DNA from: Rickettsiales bacterium
Lineage (GTDB): Bacteria > Pseudomonadota > Alphaproteobacteria > Rickettsiales > UBA998
NCBI GenBank assembly: GCA_965248995.1
Contig: CBDFKY010000004.1
Location: forward strand, 169,390-233,389
Length of the DNA: 64,000 nucleotides
Reading direction: 5' to 3'
The notes beneath the pieces are model-generated. The model did not search any database. It had not been told where the DNA came from and worked only from the letters and a program-made list of their open reading frames with translations. A program made the position numbers and the translations under genes. Below are positions 58,113 to 64,000 of the stretch, piece by piece (within the stretch, counting starts at the first letter, position 1; each line of letters begins with the position of its first letter).

Positions 58113-59549
58113 ATGACAACAGATACACATTCTTTTTTTGATGAAAACGGCCTGGAGCGGGGACGGATTGAAACGATCGTCGGTAATGCGCTGCATGGTA
58201 TGGATGACGGGGAACTGTTCCTCGAATACGACCAGAGCGAGGCGGTATCCATCGATGACGGACGCATACGCAGCGCCAGTTTCAGCACTTCGCAGGGTTT
58301 CGGTCTGCGTTCCGTCTCCGGGGATACCTGCGGATTCGCCCATGCCAACGAATTGAGCGAAGCGGCGATTTCGCGCGCCGCGGAAACCGTGAGGGCGATT
58401 ACCCGCTCATCGGAAGGGGTGAGACAGGTGAACCTGTTGCCGAACCGCTTCGCCAAACCGCTCTATACGGCGACCAATCCCATCCATGAAATGGGATTTG
58501 CCCGGAAAGTCGAGTTATTGCAGGAAATCGACGGCTATCTTCGTGCCCGAGACCCGCGGATAAAGCAGGTTTCCGCATCGGTTCTCGGTAATTACCAGCG
58601 CATTGAAATATTGCGGCCTTCCGAAGAACTGCTCCGTGACGTCCGGCCCTTGGTGAGAATCAACATATCCGTGGTTGTGGAGCAGGACGGGCGAATGGAA
58701 ACAGGTTCCGCAGGGGCGGGGGCGCGTACCGGTTATGATGCGTATGTCAGCCCGGAACGCTGGAAAAAGCAGGCGGACGAAGCCCTGCGTCAGGCACTGG
58801 TAAACCTGGAGGCGCGGCCTGCACCGGCAGGTGAGCTGCCTGTAGTCTTAAGTGCCGGATGGTGCGGGGTTCTGCTGCACGAAGCCGTGGGACATGGCCT
58901 GGAAGGAGATTTCAACCGGAAAGGCACCTCGACGTTTTCGGGCCGTATCGGTGAGCGTGTCGCTTCCAAAGGGGTGACGGTGGTGGATGACGGAACCATC
59001 GAACATCGGCGGGGGTCACTGACCATCGATGACGAGGGAACGCCCAGCGGCTATAATGTCCTGATCGAAGACGGTATCCTCAAGGGATATATTCAGGACC
59101 GCATGAACGCACGCCTGATGGGTATGCAGCCTACCGGAAACGGACGGCGCGAGTCTTATGCGCATCTGCCTATGCCGCGCATGACGAATACCTATATGCT
59201 TGCCGGCCAGGAAGATCCCGGTGAAATGATCCGCAGCGTGAAGAAAGGGATTTATGCCGTGCATATGGGAGGAGGGCAAGTGGATATCACCTCCGGAAAA
59301 TTCGTGTTTTCCGTCACTGAGGCTTATATGATCGAGGATGGAAAGGTCACGCATCCCATTAAAGGGGCGACGCTGATCGGGAATGGCCCCGAGATCATGC
59401 AGCGTATTACGGCGATCGGCAACGACCTTGCTCTGGATGATGGAGTCGGCACATGCGGGAAAGCCGGCCAGTCCGTTCCGGTGGGTGTAGGACAGCCTTC
59501 CTTGCTGATAGGAAATATTACTGTGGGCGGGACGGAAATAGAAGCGTAA
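58113..59549 (+). CDS. tldD: Metalloprotease TldD
   Basis: ORF 58077..59549, with the start set at ATG 58113 (MTTDTHSFF). It contains HEAVGHGLEGDF and GGQVDITSGKFVF, and its length matches TldD. Confidence 0.9.
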   Translation: MTTDTHSFFDENGLERGRIETIVGNALHGMDDGELFLEYDQSEAVSIDDGRIRSASFSTSQGFGLRSVSGDTCGFAHANELSEAAISRAAETVRAITRSSEGVRQVNLLPNRFAKPLYTATNPIHEMGFARKVELLQEIDGYLRARDPRIKQVSASVLGNYQRIEILRPSEELLRDVRPLVRINISVVVEQDGRMETGSAGAGARTGYDAYVSPERWKKQADEALRQALVNLEARPAPAGELPVVLSAGWCGVLLHEAVGHGLEGDFNRKGTSTFSGRIGERVASKGVTVVDDGTIEHRRGSLTIDDEGTPSGYNVLIEDGILKGYIQDRMNARLMGMQPTGNGRRESYAHLPMPRMTNTYMLAGQEDPGEMIRSVKKGIYAVHMGGGQVDITSGKFVFSVTEAYMIEDGKVTHPIKGATLIGNGPEIMQRITAIGNDLALDDGVGTCGKAGQSVPVGVGQPSLLIGNITVGGTEIEA

Positions 59550-59995
59550 ATTAAAGAGACATTCGCTTAAACCGCATAAAATTTAAATTACTATACTATT
59601 ATAGATTGCTAGAAACTATGTATAAATGTGCTTGATGTTACCTAAAGAAAGAATATTCAGATGCATTATACCGGTTTTAGAATTCAAAATTTCGGCATTG
59701 TCACTTATAGATAGCCTGCGAGAAGAAGAGACAGTATAGAGATAATTCGGCCATATATGGGGACTTTGAATAACAGAAGGTTTTACGATGATAGCGGGCA
59801 AGATAATGCCTGACTCTGGAGTTGACGGATTCGATAGGCCAGGTGAGCTTTTTGGTTTGGAGCAACAATGTGTGCGGAATGACCTTACGGTAGGTTTTCC
59901 ATTCATCGGTGGCAACTTGGTAAGAAATTTGAGGAAGATGCGGCGCAGCTTATAGATATAATGCAGAAGCAATTATTCTTGCCTGTAAATTAATC

Positions 59996-60080
59996 TGGTG
60001 CGGGTGGAGGGACTTGAACCCCCACGCCTTGCGGCGCTAGAACCTAAATCTAGTGCGTCTGCCAATTTCGCCACACCCGC
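59996..60080 (-). tRNA. tRNA-Leu (anticodon UAG), long variable arm, CCA encoded
   Basis: The reverse complement reads GCGGGTGTGGCGAAATTGGCAGACGCACTAGATTTAGGTTCTAGCGCCGCAAGGCGTGGGGGTTCAAGTCCCTCCACCCGCACCA. It has acceptor stem GCGGGTG/CACCCGC, anticodon stem CTAGA/TCTAG with loop TTTAGGT, and is 85 nt long. Confidence 0.9.
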
Positions 60081-60163
60081 TTTACGGAAAAGCTTTTAAC
60101 GTAAGCCTGCCGTTTGCACAAGTTCTATAGTTTACGTAAGAAAATCAAATCTGATGAAGCGAA

Positions 60164-60193
60164 AGCCGCGTTCATGATTGCATAAACGCGGCT
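60164..60193. terminator. Hairpin AGCCGCGTT-N12-AACGCGGCT between the EF-hand gene and tRNA-Leu
   Basis: 9-bp perfect stem read directly. It is followed by CTCTTTTT on the plus strand and the weaker TTCGCTTC on the minus strand. It probably terminates the EF-hand gene. Confidence 0.4.
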
Positions 60194-60270
60194 GACTCTT
60201 TTTGATATCGTGCCTTGATCAGCTGGATAATAACCCGTCACATGAATGTGGTACGCCGACCGACATCATA

Positions 60271-60573
60271 TTACTGAACTTTTTCTTTCGGGCTGTGGTC
60301 CTGCGGTTTATCGGTCCATTCGCCTTTTTTCGCTTTGAAATAGGCTTTCAGTTCATCCTTGGTTACCATATGATCGCCGCTGCTGTCGGCATCGACGAAC
60401 ATTTTTTTGGCGCCGGCTTCATTTTCTTCGGCACTGATGGAGCCGTCCTTATTCGTATCCATCATCATGAACATGTTATCCACTTTATGGTCAACCCATC
60501 CATCCTTGTCATGCGCGAGGGCGGCCGTGGATGTTCCCATACAAAGCACTGCAGCTAAAAATACTTTTTTCAT
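60271..60573 (-). CDS. Secreted EF-hand calcium-binding protein
   Basis: ORF 60271..60606, with the start set at MKKVFLAAV (ATG 60573 behind AGGAG). It has a signal peptide ending AALA-HD and two EF-hand loops, DTNKDGSISAEE and DADSSGDHMVTKDE. Confidence 0.75.
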   Translation of the reverse strand: MKKVFLAAVLCMGTSTAALAHDKDGWVDHKVDNMFMMMDTNKDGSISAEENEAGAKKMFVDADSSGDHMVTKDELKAYFKAKKGEWTDKPQDHSPKEKVQ

Positions 60574-60700
60574 AATTTCTCCTGGTTTCCGTGAACGAAA
60601 GAACATGGTTGTTCTTAGGCTTAAGCTGATAAGATTTCCAGGATAAAAAAACGATACGGGCGTCTTGCCCCTTTTCTGCGGAGCAGGTGTCTTCTGGACT

Positions 60701-61708
60701 TTATTCCTTTCCTAAGGGACGGCTGAGCAATGTTTCGATTCCCTGTTGCACCGTGACCCTTCCTCGCAATATATTCGCCACGTTGACGGAAATCGGCATG
60801 GAAATCCCCAGTTTTTGCGAAAGGTCATACACCGCTTCCGAAGTGACGACCCCTTCCGCCAACCCTGTGGGAGTGACGGGTATGTCCGAATCGCTCAACG
60901 ATGCGTGGCCGATCTTAAAGCCCAGCGCCATGTTGCGTGACTGCGTGCTGGCGCAGCTCAGCATCAGATCACCGATTCCCGCCAGTCCGCTCAACGTTTC
61001 CGCATTTCCGCCTTTCGCTTCCGCAAGCCGCATCATTTCCGCCAGACCGCGCGTCATGATGGCGGCGCGCGCGTTTTCTCCCAGTTCCGCGCCGATCGCG
61101 ATGCCGCAGGCGAGGGCGATGACGTTTTTCACCGCTCCCCCCACCTGAACCGACACCACGTCATTGGTAATATAGGGCCGGAAGTTTCTGCCGCTGAGCG
61201 TGAATTGCAGGCGTTCCAGCCATCCGTTATGTTTGGAAGCGAGAATGGTCGCGGTAGGGAGTCCCAATGCCGCCTCGCGGGCGAAGTTCGGGCCGGAGAG
61301 CACCATGATCGGGTTGGAAGGTAGCATGTTTTCAATGACTTCCGACAATAACAGAAGGCTGCCGCTTTCAATCCCTTTGGACGCGATGACCAGAGGGACA
61401 TGCAGGTCGATCATATCGGCAAGCGTGATACAGACGGGCCGGATCGCCTGGGCAGGAACGGCCAGGATCAGGACGTTGGCCTGCACCGCTTCACTGATAT
61501 CGCTCGTGACATGAATGGAAGGGGAAATGAATATGTCGGGTAAATGCCGCGGATTGGTGCGTGTCTGGAGGATCGTCTGCATGAGATTCTGCGATCTGGA
61601 CCAGAGCGTCACGTGCGCCCCAGAACGGTTGCACAAGATAGCGAGCGCAGTCCCCCACGCGCCTGCGCCGATCACCGCAATGCTGTTCGCCTGATTATCC
61701 ATGTTCAA
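60701..61708 (-). CDS. gpsA: NAD(P)H-dependent glycerol-3-phosphate dehydrogenase
   Basis: 335-aa ORF with IAVIGAGAWGTALA, SKGIE, GPNFAREA and GAVKNVIALACG. Confidence 0.92.
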   Translation of the reverse strand: MNMDNQANSIAVIGAGAWGTALAILCNRSGAHVTLWSRSQNLMQTILQTRTNPRHLPDIFISPSIHVTSDISEAVQANVLILAVPAQAIRPVCITLADMIDLHVPLVIASKGIESGSLLLLSEVIENMLPSNPIMVLSGPNFAREAALGLPTATILASKHNGWLERLQFTLSGRNFRPYITNDVVSVQVGGAVKNVIALACGIAIGAELGENARAAIMTRGLAEMMRLAEAKGGNAETLSGLAGIGDLMLSCASTQSRNMALGFKIGHASLSDSDIPVTPTGLAEGVVTSEAVYDLSQKLGISMPISVNVANILRGRVTVQQGIETLLSRPLGKE

Positions 61709-61736
61709 CCATTGGAGCCGCCTGACATGTAATGAT

Positions 61737-64000
61737 TCAACCCGCTTTCATTTCTTTTCCCAATGCCTGCAATCCGAGGGTTACCGCTTCGCCCGCAATA
61801 TCATAGGTTGAAACGGTGAGACATGCCGGAAACGATGCCGGACGTCAGCGACACGCTTAATGTCTGTTCACTTATATAGCCGCTGTAAGCACGTATCGCA
61901 TCGGCGACCGCTCCTTCGCTTTGGAAAAACAGGTTGATCCGGTCGGCCCCACGTCGAATCCCGCTTCCTTGCGGGATTGCTGTACTAGGCGCACCACATC
62001 CCTTGCAATTCCTTCCTGCAGAAGAGCGGGAGTAACGACCGTATCGAGTACCACGAGTCCATCCTGCGATGAAAGCCGCGGCGGCTCCGGTTTTAATAGT
62101 GGATTCGAGCGTGAATTCAAAACTCGCCGTTAGTCAAAATTTCTCCGCAGATAGCTACATCACCACTTTCGGTGAAAGACCAGCCGCCTGTGCGGGCTGC
62201 CGTAGCAATATCTTTCATTTTAACGGGAAGGCGCTTACCCACGACAGGGAAATGAATTTTGAGTTTGCGAGTGGCGACCGCATTAAAGTCGAAAGAAATC
62301 TGCACTTCTTTTACGTTGGTTTCGTCTTCGATGAGAGCTTGAAAATAGTGCTTTCCCTTCTGCGGAATCAATTTATTGAGATGACTTACTTTTTTAAACA
62401 ATTCATCCAGATTTTCACTGAATATGGTCAAGTTGGCTAAAGGCTGACGAATACGAATCCCGACCTCATTGCGAATCGCGTGCGCCGTATTGCATATATC
62501 CTGTACTTTGTCCATCACCTGCATAAGCATCTCGTCCGCTTCAAACGTCTGCAATTCCTGCGGATAATTCGCCAGATGCACACTATGGGCAACATCCATA
62601 TTACCGCCATTCACCAGACCGGCGAACATCGCCTCGCTTACCTGAGGCAGGAAAGGCGCAACTACACGGCACATGGTATGCAGGACCGTATACAGCGTAT
62701 TATAGGCCTGAATTTTGTCCTCATTCCGTTCGCCTCCCCAGAAGCGGCCACGGTTGCGGCGTATATACCAGTTATTCAGCACTTCCAGAAAAACGGAAAC
62801 GGCTTGCGTGGCGGCAGGCATGTCATAAGCATCGGACGCGGCGCGTACATTATCCACGCACTTTTTCAATTTTTGCCAGGATATAACCATCCATGACATT
62901 ATCCGAAGCGAGGCTGTAATCCGCTTTTATGCCGTCGGCATTCGCATAGAGGCAGAAGAAATGATACGCATTCCATAGCGGTTTGATATAGAGCCGTACC
63001 GCATCCCGGATAAAGGTGCCTTCCGCATCCAGGAACAATTCATTCCCGCGCATGATGGTGGAAGAAAGCATGAACCAGCGCAGCGCATCGGAACCGTAGG
63101 TCTCGAACAGTAATCTGGGATCCACATAATTCTTGAGTTTTTTGGAGAGTTTGCGGCCTTTTTCATCCAGCACGGACGCCGTGGCAGATGCAGTTTTTAA
63201 AGGGGATGGCGTCAAACAATCCGACGGAAAGCACCATCATGTTGTAAAACCAGCCCCGTGTCTGCGCTTCATATTCCACGATGAAGTCGGCGGGAAAATT
63301 CGCCTCGAACCATGCCTTGTTTTCAAACGGATAATGCACCTGCGCGAACGGCATGGAACCGCTCTCGAACCAGCAGTCGAATACTTCCTCCACGCGGGAA
63401 ATAGTGTAAGTCGGGTTGGTGGGGTCGGGTTTCGTGAGCAGGTCGACCACAGGTTTATGCAGGTCGGTCACGTCCGCGCCGAAAACGCGTTTCAGTTCCG
63501 CGACGGAGCCGAAGACGTAGAGTTCCTTGTTATTGGGATTGTCGCTGCGCCAGACCGGGATCGGGCAGCCCCAGAAGCGGGAGCGGCTGATCGACCATTC
63601 GCGCGCCCCTTCCAGCCATTTGCCGAAGCGTCCGTCCTTAATATGGCGCGGGAATCCAGTTGATGTCCTGATTCAATTCCACCATCCGGTCACGGATTTT
63701 CGGCACGTCCCCGAACCAAGAGGACATCGCTTTATAGATGATCGGCTGGTCGGTGCGCCAGCAATGGGGATAATTATGGTGTAGTCTTCCTGCTTCACCA
63801 ACTGGCCGGTCGCTTTCAGCCAGTGAATAATCCGCAAATGGCGAGGCCATATTTTTCAAGCTGCGCGTCAGTGTATGGTTCGTCGGCACGTTTATGACGT
63901 GTTTCTTTAATGACGTTGAGACCTTTCAGGGAGAGAGTGATAGAGGAGGGGGCAACGCTCTGTCCGGCTTTCCACTGCTCCATTATTATCAGATAATAAG
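61737..64000 (-). pseudogene. ileS: Type-2 (eukaryote-like) isoleucyl-tRNA synthetase, C-terminal roughly 750 codons, disrupted by at least 8 single-nucleotide frameshifts; continues past the right edge
   Basis: Track ORFs 63638..63889, 63163..63471, 62850..63215, 62117..62899 and 61872..62120, plus manual reading, join into one IleRS sequence. It contains [20 protein letters not shown]-[shift][25 protein letters not shown], [16 protein letters not shown]-[shift][16 protein letters not shown] (KMSKS) and NWYIRRNRGRFW. Four more shifts occur in the last 400 nt. Confidence 0.8.

Noticed and set aside
59616-59972. 118-aa minus-strand ORF beside tRNA-Leu as a possible integrase or transposase remnant
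   Set aside because: Translations in all frames that I read showed no recombinase or transposase motifs. The product is low-complexity Ser/Pro/Lys-rich and the region is AT-rich, so it was left unannotated.
61737-64000. Programmed ribosomal frameshifting as an explanation for the split ileS
   Set aside because: There are at least eight shifts in both directions, none at a recognisable slippery heptamer with a downstream structure. No aminoacyl-tRNA synthetase is known to need multiple recoding events, so pseudogenisation or sequence error is far more parsimonious.

Overview
This 64-kb window looks like an alphaproteobacterial chromosome segment, roughly mid-50s % GC by eye (not computed). 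The call rests on gene content: a Rieske petA fragment, an aa3-type oxidase cluster (ctaC-ctaD-ctaB-ctaG-ctaE-DUF983-SURF1), an NDUFA9-like protein, ppdK, the operon zwf-pgl-edd-glk, trmD-rplS, leuC, glmU, kdsA, folP, fabG and gpsA. I count about 65 protein genes and 2 tRNAs (Val-UAC, Leu-UAG). I found no rRNA, no CRISPR array and no intact IS or transposase. Most of the window is ordinary housekeeping sequence, often in tightly coupled operons with ATGA/TAATG start-stop overlaps. Several small accessory or decaying patches interrupt it.

1. Two divergent, signal-peptide-less proteins carrying the Tiki/TraB/ChaN superfamily motif series sit on either side of hemC-hemD. They look more AT-rich than their neighbours.
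2. A decayed integrative element lies at the 3' end of tRNA-Val. It holds an integrase N-terminal stub, a DUF1810 pseudogene and two diverged 77-nt copies of an iteron-like CTGTTAT array.
3. A stand-alone lysis cassette (DUF2793-like protein, 3-TM holin, GH24 endolysin) has no phage structural genes nearby. It sits beside an ankyrin-repeat protein, a bPH-SHOCT protein and an orphan ORF.
4. A long SLT-domain protein has a C-terminal membrane segment.
5. A eukaryote-like (type 2) ileS is broken by at least 8 single-nucleotide frameshifts.
6. A DJ-1/PfpI gene carries one frameshift.

All family assignments come from reading motifs in the translations and from memory of those families. No database searches were run.
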